NCBI GenBank assembly: GCA_002269645.1
Contig: NIVC01001960.1
Span: 124,001 to 188,000, forward strand
DNA: 64,000 bases
DNA from: Macrostomum lignano
Taxonomy: Eukaryota
Direction of reading: 5' to 3'
Shown here: positions 1 to 12,617 of the stretch, piece by piece
Position numbering within the stretch: the stretch's first letter is position 1
Layout of the letters: each line of letters starts with the position of its first letter
The notes under the pieces: model-generated
Databases searched by the model: none
Told to the model about the DNA's origin: nothing
What the model saw: the letters and a program-made list of their open reading frames with translations, nothing else
Made by a program: the position numbers and the translations under genes

Positions 1-3000
1 CGGACCGCCAGCACGGAGGCCGCAGCGGTGAAGATGGCGAGCAGGCAGCAGCTGGCCGCAATCAGCAGGTAGTTGGCCAGGCCCAGCACCAGCGCGTCCG
101 TCACGGTTGTCTCTGCGGAATTCATTGCGGCATGATCGGCTGTTTTTGCTGAACAACAACAACAACAGAAGCAACAGCAGCAACAACAACAACAAGGAAG
201 CACATTCCCACTCTGATTCCGCTGACAGGGGCTCGCGCTCACTGCGATGCCATAGTAGCCGATATAAACTGTTCCCTGTATCTATATACAAACAGAGGCA
301 GGGGCTGTGCGCTCTGGCGCACTTCAGACGACATTGTCACACAACCGGCGAGAGGCATTGCTGCCCATTCCGCCGACTCCCCTGGGCAGGCACACAAGCG
401 CGCGGATACGTACGCAGTCATACGCACAGGCACACACTCACACAGGAGTGTACAGCGGCCCTAACTTTATTTATCGTTAGGCATGTACACTTCACTGTGC
501 CTTGGGGTTTGGCCCTAAAGACCGTTAATTGCACGAGCAGAGCCAAGCCGGGATTCCAATTCAGCCCCAAATTCATGTGACTGCACTTGAAATCGAGCCT
601 GGGCCGCTGGCACATCAGAGCACCGCGCCAGACCACTGAGTCACGACCCCTTATTCCCTGTAGCTAAACATTTGCAGCAAGTTGCCAGAGCATCGATAGA
701 TTCAAATTAATTACTCAAATTTCTTAGTTTTCAGCCCTGAATTCAAATTCTTCAGAGGTACCAAACTTTCAGTAATAGAATCTGGATCGATCTCTCCTTT
801 GAGAAAAGAGACTCAAAACAGGGCTATCATATTCTGCTGTCAATTAAACAAAAAGTCAGAAAATTGAATGTTCATTTTCTGCTTATACTACTTGCACATC
901 GATGCTAGAGTAATAAAAACCGAACAGGACAACAAAAAAGAAAGACAAATGTCAGAAATTATTCAAATTCGTTCGAAACCGACTACGGAAAATCAAGCAT
1001 GACTGCTCAGATTTGTTTGCAGCCAGCCACCATGCCCATTCCACTGACCACTGCCTTGGGGCTTGGCTCTAAAAGACTGGTTTATATTACCCACAGCAGC
1101 TCCGCAGATTACAGATTGCTCAAACCAATTCTAAAACGGGACTTCGCAGCAGCTTACCGAGCTCAACACAACGATAGCGCGCCTGAAAGCCCCGATATTT
1201 CTGCGGCTGTCTCGCGTTGAACACATCGGTCTGGAAAGTGACCAGCAGGTGCAAACCGGTGCTCTGCGTGAGGTTGTTGCTGTTGCCTTTGACGCAGCTG
1301 TTGCCGCAGTATTGCCCAAACGAGTGGGCCCATAGGCGCTTTCCTGTGAGGGCAATAAGTGCATCAAATGACGTCATTAGCAGTAGAACTACCAAAAGGG
1401 GGAATCCCTCTCTTCACAATTTTTTGCTTCACCGGAACGGAGCAACGCAGGCACAAGAAATTCCAGACCACGGGCTGACTTTTTGCTGCGCACCTTCTGA
1501 AACAATAATCAAGTCGCCAACCCTCCGGACCGTCAAGATATTCAACAATTCTGTCAAATGGTCGAATTTTTCCCATAAGCGCTAGTGTATTCAGTACACC
1601 CCTGTGCGCCAATCAGCACTGCGCCTCGGTGCGGCCTTGCAAAGCCCCCAAATTTCATCAGCACGTGGACCGCATGTGTCTGCATCAGCTCTGACTTCGT
1701 TGGTCACTGGCGTACACTGGCGTACACTGGCGTACACGCGTACACTGGCGTACACTGGCGTACACTGGCGTACACTGGCGTACACTGGCGTACACTGGCG
1801 TACACTGGCGTACACTGGCGTACACTGGCGTACACTGGCGTACACTGGCGTAAACTGGCGTACACTGGCGTACACTGGCGTACACTGGCGTACACTGGCG
1901 TACACTGGCGTACACTGGCGTACACTGGCGTACACTGGCGTACACTGGCGTACACTGGCGTACACTGGCGTACACTGGCGTACACTGGCGTACACTGGCG
2001 TACACTGGCGTACACTGGCGTACACTGGCGTACACTGGCGTACACTGGCGTACACTGGCGTACACTGGCGTACACTGGCGTACACTGGCGTACACTGGCG
2101 TACACTGGCGTACACTGGCGTACACTGGCGTACACTGGCGTACACTGGCGTACACTGGCGTACACTGGCGTACACTGGCGTACACTGGCGTACACTGGCG
2201 TACACTGGCGTACACTGGCGTACACTGGCGTACACTGGCGTACACTGGCGTACACTGGCGTACACTGGCGTACACTGGCGTACACTGGCGTACACTGGCG
2301 TACACTGGCGTACACTGGCGTACACTGGCGTACACTGGCGTACACTGGCGTACACTGGCGTACACTGGCGTACACTGGCGTACACTGGCGTACACTGGCG
2401 TACACTGGCGCTTATGGGAAAATCCGACTTTCTGGCAGAATCATTGAATATCTGGACGGTCCGAAGGGCTGGCAACTTTATTTCCGGCGCAGTAAAAAAA
2501 CATTGTGAGGGGGGATTCCTCTGTTAAACTGAAGCTCCTTGAATAGAGCTGTGACTGCCTGCATTCTGGGTTGCCGGCTCTCACTTCAATTAAACTAATT
2601 GACCTAATAGCTAAATTATAGTACCAACAAATAAGATAAACCTGCGCAATTAAATTAGCTTTGATGCTCATGACGGGCACTTGAATAGCTAATTATTCAA
2701 ATTGAGAGCTGCCTATGAATTGTTTCAATTTAATTGCTCACCGTCCTTAACCTCTACGAAGTCCTGGGTGCAGGATGGGCTGTCCTGAATTTCAAAGTCA
2801 AGCACTTCGAATTCAACGCGAAATTTTGCCTCCGGCCGGAGAGGATTGGAGCAGCGGCAGGCGGACAGGACCCAGCGGCACACCTGGTTGCTGCGGGCGT
2901 CGCGCGGGGGATGCTTTGCTAATTAAAGAGATTAAGAGTAATCAGAGAGTTAAAGACAGGTGAAAAGAGTGCAGGAGGCGAATGGGAAGAAGGTCGGTGA

Positions 3001-6000
3001 CGGCTAGGAAAAAGAGATTCGGTGACGGCTGGGAAAAGAGATTCGGTGACGGCTGGGAAAAGAGATTCGGTGACGGCTGGGAAAAGAGATTCGGTGACGG
3101 CTGGGAAAAAGAGATTCGGTGACGGCTGGGAAAAGAGATTTGGTGACGGCTGGGAAAGAGATTTGGTGACGGCTGGGAAAGAGATTTGGTGACGGCTGGG
3201 AAAGAGATTCGGTGACGGCAGGGAAAAGAGATTTGGTGACGGCTGGGAAAGAGATTTGGTGACGGCTGGGAAAGAGATTCGGTGACGGCAGGGAAAAGAG
3301 ATTTGGTGACGGCTGGGAAAGAGATTTGGTGACGGCTGGAAAAAGAGATTCGGTGACGGCTGGGAAAAGAGATTCGGTGAGGAGAAGAGGATTGGCGGTG
3401 GGAAGAGGATTGGAGACGGGTGGGAAGAGGATTGGAGACGGGTGGGAAGAGGATTGGATACGGGTGGGAAGAGGATTGGATACGGGTGGGAAGAGGATTG
3501 GAGACGGGTGGGAAGGAAAGAAAGGAGAAAGTGAAGAAGAGAAGCCGTGCAAGATCACAGGTGGGAGGCCGACTCACTCAGCATAGGGGCCGGGATAGTT
3601 AGGGCTCCGGATGTACTGGTAGGACGTGTCAGCGAACGCTTGATAGTAGTCGGCGCAGCTGCCTTGAGTGGCAGTGGCATCGCAGGGTCCAGCTGCAGTG
3701 GAGACGTAGTCGCCTGCGGATAGGGCACAGACGAAAGTAGTTCCAAGACTAGCAATCTACGCCTCCCGTTGGGGAGCCAAAGAAATGCAATACACGTTTT
3801 TTTAATAAGCTACATGTATCCTTGAAATCTTAAAAAATCTCCTGTCAAACCTTGTAAGCCTTGACATGTCAGTAATTCCCCCCCCCACAAGCTTTAACAT
3901 ATCAACTCCCCCCTTGACATCTCAGCAATGCCCCCAATAAGCCTTGGAAATCTAAAAATATCTGTCAACCTTCTAACCCTAACCCTAGCCTAACCCTAAC
4001 CCTAACCCTAACCTAACCCTAAAGCATTGAAATTTCAGTAATAATTCTCTCTAAGAGTCATTATAGCACTACTACAGCATTATAGCGATTCCCTGCAAGC
4101 CTCGACATCGTAGGGATTCCCAAATGAATCTCTTAACTTCGACATGAAGCTTCTTTTATTTTTTACATTACACTTTTTTTATCAGCGATCCCTCCCCTGA
4201 GGAGGCATCAAATAATGTAATAAAAAGTTTTAAATAAACTACATGTAGCTTCTGACTTTAGCCTTGAAATCTCATTTATACCCCCGTGAGCCTTGACATC
4301 TCAGCTACTCCCCCCGTAAGCCTTAACATGTCAGCGATGGCGCCCATAAACCTTGAAATCTGAAAAATCCCCTGCTAACCTTGAAACCCGATAAAATATA
4401 ACCCTCAACCCACACCTGACCTAAACCTAACTTTAACCCAACCTAAAGCCTTGAAATCTCAGCAATTCTTCTCCCCTAAGCCTTGACATTTTAGTGATTC
4501 CTTCTTTAAGAATCACAGCACTATAACGATTTCCACCAAGCTTTGACATCGTAGCAATTCCCAAATGAATCTTTTAACTTCGACATGACTCTTCTTTTAT
4601 GTATACATAGTGCTACTTTTATTTTTTACATGACTCTTCTTCTATCAGCGCCCCCCCCCGTGGCGAGCCAACAAAGAATGCAATAAAAAAATTGAGTAAA
4701 GTACATGAACTTTGAATTAGCTTCTGGCTTTTGCTTTGACATCTCAGAAACCCCCCCCGTAATCTCAGTTATTTTCTGAGAGCCTTGACGTCTCAGTTTT
4801 TCTCCCCAGCACAGCATTATAGCTGCATTTAATTTTTCCATGACACCCTTCATGTCTGACATGACGCTTCTTTTATTCTACCATGATGCTTCTTATTTTT
4901 TTTAAATGACACTTTCATTAGTTTTTAAATGACGCTTCTATGATTTTTTAAATGGCGTTTTTTGATTTTTATATGACGCTTCTATGATTTTTATATGACG
5001 CTTCTATGATTTTTACATGACGCCTTTATGATTTTTACATGACGCTTCTATGATTTTTTACATGACGCTTCTATGATTTTTATATGACGCTTCTACGATT
5101 TTTTACATGACGCTTCTATGATTGTTTACATGACGCTTCTATGATTGTTTACATGACGCTTCTATGATTTTTACATGACGCTTCCATGATTTTTTACATG
5201 ACGCTTCTATGATTGTTTACATGACGCTTCAATGATTTTTTACATGACGCTTCTATGATTTTTATATGACGCTTCTATGATTGTTTTCATGACGCTTCTA
5301 TGATTGTTTATATGACGCTTCTATGATTGTTTACATGACGCTTCTATGATTGTTTACATGACGCTTCTATGATTTTTTACATGACGCTTCTATGATTTTT
5401 TACATGGCATTTCTATGATTTTTTACATGACGCTTCTATGATTGTTTACATGACGCTTCTATGATTGTTTACATGACGCTTCTATGATTGTTTACATGAC
5501 GCTTCTATGATATTTTACATGACGCTTCTATGATTGTTTACATGACGCTTCTATGATTGTTTACATGACGCTTCTATGATTGTTTACATGACGCTTCTAT
5601 GATTGTTTACATGACGCTTCTATGATTGTTTACATGACGCTTCTATGATTGTTTTCATGACGCTTCTATGATTGTTTACATGACGCTTCTATGATTGTTT
5701 ACATGACGCTTCTATGATTGTTTACATGACGCTTCTATGATTTTTTAAATGACGCATCTATGATTTTTTTATGACGCTTCTATGATTTTTTAAATGACGC
5801 ATCTATGATTTTTATATGACGCTACTATGATTTTTTATATGACGCTTCTATGATTTTTACATGACGCTTCTTTTTAAAAAGTCTTTTAGTTTTCCTGACG
5901 TTGAAAAGCTTTAATTAAAAAAATTATACTCTATGAAAATTCGAACCATCGTCGCTGCATTTAGCAGTTTAGTTTGTTCACCTTTAGGCTAGCTCTCATC

Positions 6001-6612
6001 GTTTTGATAACATCAACTTTTGCACTTATATAACTCAACACTTTTAAATCCAAGCATAGAGTAAATCACACGAAGCAGTTATGACATAATCAGTTTCTCA
6101 GTCAGTCAGTATCAGTTAACAATATGGTTACGCAATTTAAATCAAGTCTGGTGCTACGCTTCCACACTGCATTTCAATTCAAGTCGGAGTTACAATTCAG
6201 TTATGATGCAATCTATTTCAGAATCAGAATTCAACCAGTCAGTTTTTTCTCTAGCATTCTTACAATGCATTTCAAGTCGAAAAGTTTGCTTGACCTTTGC
6301 AAAAAAGCATGTTTTTCGAATATTTAATGCCTTTAGCATCGAGCAATTTCTTAGCCACGATGCATGTACCGTCACGGGAAAATTTCTGATCGAACAGTGC
6401 AAGTTCGAAGAAAATCGGTTGAGCCGTTTTTGCTAAAATCGATCACACACATACCGACAGACCATTTTTAGTATATGGACAGTCAGGTGGACAGGTGTAA
6501 AAGTGCAGGGCCGCGGCTACTCACAGGATTCCGCTTGCGCTGGTCCAGGCAGGAGCAGAAGACCGCAGCAGATGGCGACTGCCGCCCGCAGGATCCTGCT
6601 GGCACAGGCCAT
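1..6612 (-). CDS. Signal peptide + single CUB domain + transmembrane helix protein; exons 6612-6525, 3713-3578, 2890-2742, 1343-1158, 112-<1 (3' end outside window)
   Basis: Manual splicing with GT/AG ends and matching phases (1,2,1,1) gives MACASRILRAAVAICCGLLLLPGPAQAES|CDYVST...YIRSPNYPGPYAD|NQVCRW...FEVLDFEIQDSPSCTQDFVEVKDG|KRLW...GQYCG...STGLHLLVTFQTD...RGFQARYRCVEL|ETTVTDALVLGLANYLLIAASCCLLAIFTAAASVLAV. SPNYP, CxW, DFVEVxDG, YCG and RGFxAxY are canonical CUB motifs. Confidence 0.85.
302..636 (+). mobile_element. Dispersed ~335-bp repeat (family A), copy 1, in intron 4 of the CUB gene
   Basis: Near-identical to 14408-14736 (minus) and 56135-56778 (plus), e.g. CACACAACCGGCGAGAGGCATT...CGGATACGTACGCAGTCA...GAATCGAGCCTGG. 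Confidence 0.8.
1394..2524. mobile_element. Foldback/MITE-like element with long imperfect inverted arms (~1394-1589 and ~2401-2524)
   Basis: The reverse complement of 1500-1589 (TACACTAGCGCTTATGGGAAAAATTCGAC...GAATATCTTGACGGTCCGGAGGG) matches 2401 onward (TACACTGGCGCTTATGGGAAAATCCGAC...GAATATCTGGACGGTCCGAAGGG). The outer GGGGGAATCCC/GGGATTCCC segments also pair. No TSD found. Confidence 0.65.
1708..2410. repeat. 10-bp tandem repeat (TACACTGGCG), ~70 copies
   Basis: Directly visible and nearly invariant; it produces the spurious ORFs at 1585-2527. Confidence 0.97.
2996..3515. repeat. Compound minisatellite in CUB-gene intron 2: 23-24-bp GGTGACGGCTGGGAAAAGAGATTC array (to ~3378) followed by a G-rich GGGTGGGAAGAGGATTGGA(G/T)AC array
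   Basis: Directly visible. Confidence 0.92.
3800..4650. repeat. Diverged ~430-bp tandem duplication built from CCTTGA(A/C)AT subrepeats, containing a short (CCCTAA)n-like tract at ~3975-4022
   Basis: Both halves end in CCCAAATGAATCT..TAACTTCGACATGA (~4120-4147 and ~4560-4588). Confidence 0.65.
4930..5870. repeat. 21-22-bp minisatellite (ATGACGCTTCTATGATT(G/T)TTTAC), ~40 copies
   Basis: Directly visible, in CUB-gene intron 1. Confidence 0.95.
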
Positions 6613-7179
6613 CGCTCCGCACCGTCAGGCTCGCGCAGGCTGAGACAATGCATTTATAGCATAAGTTTCTCCCGCCTATCCCAGCTCCAGCCTCCATGTG
6701 ATTCTGTTTCTTCCTCGTGCTTTTTATTTGCCTCTGGTGGCCCCATCTAGCGCCAGCTGCTCCAATAGAGCAGCCTCGAAAGTCGATGAAAGCAGCTTTT
6801 TTTACTAAGGTAAAAAATCAATGGCCCAATGCACCGCATGAATATTGGGCTTTTAGTCCCAACCCCGCACTTCCCTTACTTTTTCCATCTCTCTCCCTTT
6901 CCTAGACTGCAAGAGTCTCTCTGTTGCCATAGCGACCCTGATAATCTGTAGGCTCTCCATGTGTGGCAGCTTTAGTTGCTTGGGTTGCTGAGTAAGCAGA
7001 GTCCGCCTGCCCCAGTCTGTCCTAAGGACTGTGATATGCAGATGGGAGAGGCAGAGAAAGGACTCGGTGAAGAATATCGCATCTATCGCTTGTCCCAGAG
7101 GTACCGGACTTGATTCTACGAGAATTTTAGAGTGTTTTCTACCAATTAAACGTCTCGAAACACGGACTTGACCTGTAAA

Positions 7180-7670
7180 GTCAATGAGTCATAGTCAAGG
7201 ATTCATAATCAGTGAGTCATAGTCAGCGAGTCATAGTCAGTGACTCATAGTCAATGAGTCAAAGTTAATGAGTCATATTCAAAGAGTCATACTCAGTGAG
7301 TCATAGTCAGTGAGTCATAGTCAATGAATTATAGTCAATGAGTCATAGTCAATGAGTCAAAGTCGGTGAGTCATAATCAATGAGTTATGGTCAGTGAGTC
7401 ATAGTCAATGAATTATAGTCAGTGACTCATAGTCAATGAGTCAAAGTTAATGAGTCATATTCAAAGAGTCATACTCAGTGAGTCATAGTCAGTGAGTCAT
7501 AGTCAATGAGTTATAGACATTGAGTCATAGTCAATGAGTTATATAGTCAATGAGTCATAGTCAATGAGTCAAAGTCGGTGAATCATAATCAATGAGTCAT
7601 AATCAATGAGTCATAGTCAATGAGTCATAGTCAATGAGCCATACTCAATAAATCATAGTCAATGACTCAC
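7180..7670. repeat. 14-bp minisatellite (AGTCAATGAGTCAT) rich in TGA(G/C)TCA
   Basis: Directly visible, about 35 degenerate units. Confidence 0.9.
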
Positions 7671-8804
7671 AGCTAATGGTAGATTATATATATGATTTCA
7701 TACTTAAATAATAATCAGCAGCCACTCGTTACAGATCTCATTGTCTCATCGGCTCATTGACTCGTGATAGAATACTCGAGTCACGCTACTCGTATTAAAT
7801 AAGGCAGATGTTTCTTCTTACCATAGACTAATTTCCACTGCCAGCGGATTGGCTCATTTTGGATAAATATTTGGTTACGGGGCAGATTAGTTGATACCAT
7901 TCACTAAAGATCAGCGAAGAGTTGGTGGCAGAAAATCAGTATCAAAGTCCAAGGAAGGAAAGAAATTGAAAAGAGAAACATGAAAAAACCCTCAGGGAAA
8001 AACTGCCCTCAATCAACTGGAAGAATCTGCCAGTGGATAGCCTAGATGGAGTCTCGTCAGCTGGGATTATTTTGCAAGTGAACTGAAGGTTTTATTAAGT
8101 TTCTGACCAATTTCGAGACTGCTGATGAGCCTGGTTGGACCCTAATGAAGGTTGCAACCGCTGTTAGCGACAATTTGGCTACGACGCCAACGGAGCAAAT
8201 GAAAGAAGTCGGCATCACAAGTGCAACTGGAATGAATCAAGCTCAAGTGGACATCAGCCGATGTTTGCCAAAAGCAAGAGAAGACTTAAATTATTTGTTG
8301 CCAACGCATTTCGTCTATCATAGACTAATTCAATCCAAGTGATCTTAGCACACCAGTGTATTTAAGAACAACAAGCTGCACACTCCAAAAACAGGTCAAA
8401 ACAGTCTGGTAAAGTTTAAAACGAAAATAAATACAGAACGGAGGGAGAGAGAGAATTGACACGGCACTGCTCACAGTACTTTGAGCTCACGCTCCACCCC
8501 ATTGCCAGCTAGCTGCACATTCAAGTTGGGTTTGTGCATTCTGATACACGAAGCTTCAATAATCTTGAAGTTTTTTAGCAAGTGTTCCCCAGCTCTATAG
8601 TGTGCAGGTGTGTCTTCGTTTGTCCAATATAGAAAACGCTCTGATCCCCAGAGCAGCGAAATTGGTAAAAAAACACCTGGCCTAATAGCAGGTGGAACAG
8701 CTGACTTGAGTCTGATAGCATAGCAACCAATCTTATCACTGCAAAAAACAATCATTTAAGTCATTTGCTAAACTTTGCCTTAATAACAAGTGATCTGGCA
8801 GTCA

Positions 8805-8930
8805 CATCAAGCATCCCGCCAGTCACATCAAGTGTTCCGACAGTCACATCAAGTGTTCCGCCAGTCACATCAAGTGTTCCGCCAGTCACATCAAGCATTC
8901 CGGCAGTCACATCAAGCATTCCACCAGTCA
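8805..8930. repeat. 21-bp tandem repeat (CAGTCACATCAAGTGTTCCGC), ~6 copies
   Basis: Directly visible. Confidence 0.9.
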
Positions 8931-9654
8931 CAGCGCGGTAATGACGCATTAAAAATAATACCAACTTCATCCAATTCCAAGCGTCTTTGATGTCAGAATC
9001 TGATCAAGTAAATACTCATAATTGAAATATCGAGTAATTTGAGTTGACATGAGCCTTCAACTCAATTTCCACTTGGCTTTTTGAGGGTCAGATTAAAAAT
9101 CCCTGAAAGGGGAAATCTTTGATTTCTGCGCATGTTCGCGTGAGCGAGGAGAAGCCAAGCGTGCCGGAACTGAATTCAGTTACGAAGCAGGGATTCTGGA
9201 TAGGGGTGATGGGGCGGTGTTTCAAAGCAACAATGACTTTCTGAGCCGCTTTCAGTGAGCACTGCCTATTGATGAAGGCAGAGAATGGCTGTGAATGCCC
9301 GGGCCCGAACTCTTGCAGTGCATTATGCATTCAGCTAGTAAGCCGCTTAAGCTCTCTCAGGCCCACCTGGCCAATTCGGGACTCGGCCAGCGGGAGCTTT
9401 GCTAATCCGTTTGAAACCAGAGCCGCCAGCAACTTGGCTTGGCCTCACTAAACTCGCCAGATAGACCGGCAGTTGCTAAAGGAAGTCTAGAAGAAAAAAT
9501 TCGAGTCTAGCGTTGAAATTCTGCTTATAGTGGCTTCTGCTGCGACGGAGTGTTGCCAAGCTTTGAGTAGATTTCTTGTTAACTAAGTCTTAGACTGTGA
9601 AGGTTTGACAGGCTTGACATTATCAAAAAGTTTCATAAATTATCAATAGATGGT

Positions 9655-9915
9655 AGGTGCTGACAGAATCACCGGAAGCTACAAGGGCACCAGGTGCTGA
9701 CAGGATCACCGGAAGCTACAAGGGCACCAGGTGCTGACAGGATCACCGGAAGCTACAAGGGCACCAGGTGCTGACAGGATCACCGGAAGCTACAAGGGCA
9801 CCAGGTGCTGACAGGATCACCGGAAGCTACAAGGGCACCAGGTGCTGACAGGATCACCGGAAGCTACAAGGGCACCAGGTGCTGACAGGATCACCGGAAG
9901 CTACAAGGGCACCGG
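9655..9915. repeat. 37-bp tandem repeat (CACCAGGTGCTGACAGGATCACCGGAAGCTACAAGGG), 7 copies
   Basis: Directly visible; TGACAG recurs at 9661 and 9698. Confidence 0.95.
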
Positions 9916-10496
9916 TGCCAGTATATCAATCCGCAATTCGGGAAAAACCGAATCTGCTTAGTATCAAACCGTCCAAGCAACTGGCGGTCAGGGGTTCGCG
10001 TGCCGCCGGCACTGCTGGCCGCGCCACAGGCAAATTAAATGATTGCGCTAGTTTCCACAGTGCAGGAGACAGATGCTAAATAATTAAATCAAGCAAGCAG
10101 AAGACTCTGCGCACTGATGTGATTTCCATCCTAATTGGTCTCTAATTAGATGCATTTTCATTCAAGCTGTTTGTGCTGCGTTTAGCTCAGACGAGAGTTC
10201 ATCTGACGCGTACAAAAAACTGCGACAACAGCTATTCGAAGATATGATTTTCCACTTACGCTTTTTTCCTTCGATTTTCCAGTCTGATAGGCAAAAAATT
10301 ATCGGCTTTGAAGCCGCTTCAACTGACTGAGCCGTGCGAGCGTCGGATTTTGCGATGAATTCGAGGGACCAAATCGGTTTATCGATTCTGACTACGTCTC
10401 ACGAGCAGCCGCTGTACCCAGTGCGATGTACTTTAGCTGCGAGATTGGAAATCTCACCTTTTGGACTGCCGTTTTGAAATGAAGCAAGTATGATTT

Positions 10497-11076
<580 letters not shown>

Positions 11077-11356
11077 AAGGTCAGGCTGCGTTCCTGAAGC
11101 ACAAAAGCCAGAAACGGCTGCGCGCTCCGCCTTCGTGGGTCTGTCGGCTCTGAAGGCAGGAGATTTATCAGCCAGCCTCCTATCGGACCGGTATCTGCAG
11201 CCTCAACAATTCAGACGCATAAATTCACCGAACCGCCGGGAGATCGTCAGCTTCAAAAATGGTAGATGGATCAAGTAGAACTTTTTAATAGCTGTTTTGC
11301 AAATATGAAGCATATCATGCAGCTTTATCAGCCTTAACATGAACGGCATCTTACAT

Positions 11357-12465
11357 CAAGGGTCAGCAAACTTCGGCCCGCAGGCCACATGCGGCCCGCG
11401 TAGCCTCTCTATCAGGCCTTCGGGTCCTTTGAAACTTCACTCATTTCTCCTCTCCTCTCCTCTCCTCTCCTCTCCTCTCCTCTCTCTTCTCCTCTCCTCT
11501 CCTCTCCTCTCCTCTCCTCTCCTCTCCTCTCCTCTCCTCTCCTCTCCTCTCCTCTCCTCTCCTCTCCTCTCCCCTCCTCTCCTCTCCTCTCCTCTCCTCT
11601 CCTCTCCTCTCCTCTCCTCTCCTCTTCTCTCCTCTCCTCTCTCTTCTCCTCTCCTCTCCTCTCCTCCTCTCCTCTCCTCTCCTCTCCTCTCCTCTCCTCT
11701 CCTCTCCTCTCCTCTCCTCTCCTCTCCTCTCCTCTCCTCTCCTCTCCTCTCCTCTCCTCTCTCTTCTCCTCTCCTCTCCTCTCCTCTCTCTTCTCCTCTC
11801 CTCTCCTCTCCTCTCTCTTCTCCTCTCCTCTCCTCTCCTCTCCTCTCCTCTCCTCTCCTCTCCTCTCCTCTCTCTTCTCCTCTCCTCTCCTCTCCTCCCC
11901 TCCTCTCCTCTCCTCTCCTCTCCTCTCCTCTCCTCTCCTCTCCTCTCCTCTCCTCTCCTCTCCTCTCTCTTCTCCTCTCCTCTCCTCTCCTCTCTTCTCC
12001 TCTCCTCTCTTCTCCTCTCCTCTCCTCTCCTCTCCTCTCCTCTCCTCTCCTCTCCTCTCCTCTCCTCTCCTCTCCTCTCCTCTCCCCTCCTCTCCTCTCC
12101 TCTCCTCTCCTCTCCTCTCCTCTCCTCTCCTCTCCTCTCCTCTCTCTTCTCCTCTCCTCTCCTCTCCTCCCCTCCTCTCCTCTCCTCTCCTCTCCTCTCC
12201 TCTCCTCTCCTCTCCTCTCCTCTCCTCTCCTCTCCTCTCCTCTCTCTTCTCCTCTCCTCTCCTCTCCTCTCTTCTCCTCTCCTCTCCTCTCCTCTCCTCT
12301 CCTCTCCTCTCCTCTCCTCTCCTCTCTCTTCTCCTCTCCTCTCCTCTCCTCTCTTCTCCTCTCCTCTCCTCTCCTCTCCTCTCCTCTCTCTTCTCCTCTC
12401 CTCTCCTCTCCTCTCTTCTCCTCTCCTCTCCTCTCCTTTCCTCTTCTCTCTCCTCTCTTCTGTCT
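11357..12465 (+). mobile_element. One end of an hAT-like non-autonomous element followed by an expanded (CCTCT)n pentamer array
   Basis: Starts CAAGGGTCAGCAAACT (hAT/Charlie-type terminus) and shares AGGCCTTCGGGTCCTTTGAAACTTC with the inverted copy ending at 13024. The second terminus was not found. Confidence 0.6.
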
Positions 12466-12617
12466 TCTCTACAACCAAGATTTTTCCAAAAGACAATTTT
12501 CTAATGTGATTTTTGTTGCACTACGAAAACTCAACAAGTTATATTGTCTGCCTCGAAGCGACTTAAGGGAATTAACGGGGAAGGCAAGAGGCGGATAAGC
12601 GGGCACAGAGTTTGAAC

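Noticed and set aside
113-125. ATG AAT TCC GCA as the start of a membrane protein on the minus strand
   Set aside because: The CAG at 115-113 is a phase-compatible acceptor for the upstream CUB exons, so this ATG is intronic.
1585-2527. ORFs of ~230-310 aa on both strands; likewise those at 11339-12598, 20882-22168, 24303-25491 and 39634-40172
   Set aside because: All are translations of micro- or minisatellites.
3975-4022. (CCCTAA)n as a telomere or fusion scar
   Set aside because: Only about seven degenerate units within a duplicated repeat block; a similar 2-3 unit tract occurs at ~18437. Such short tracts are common inside repeats.
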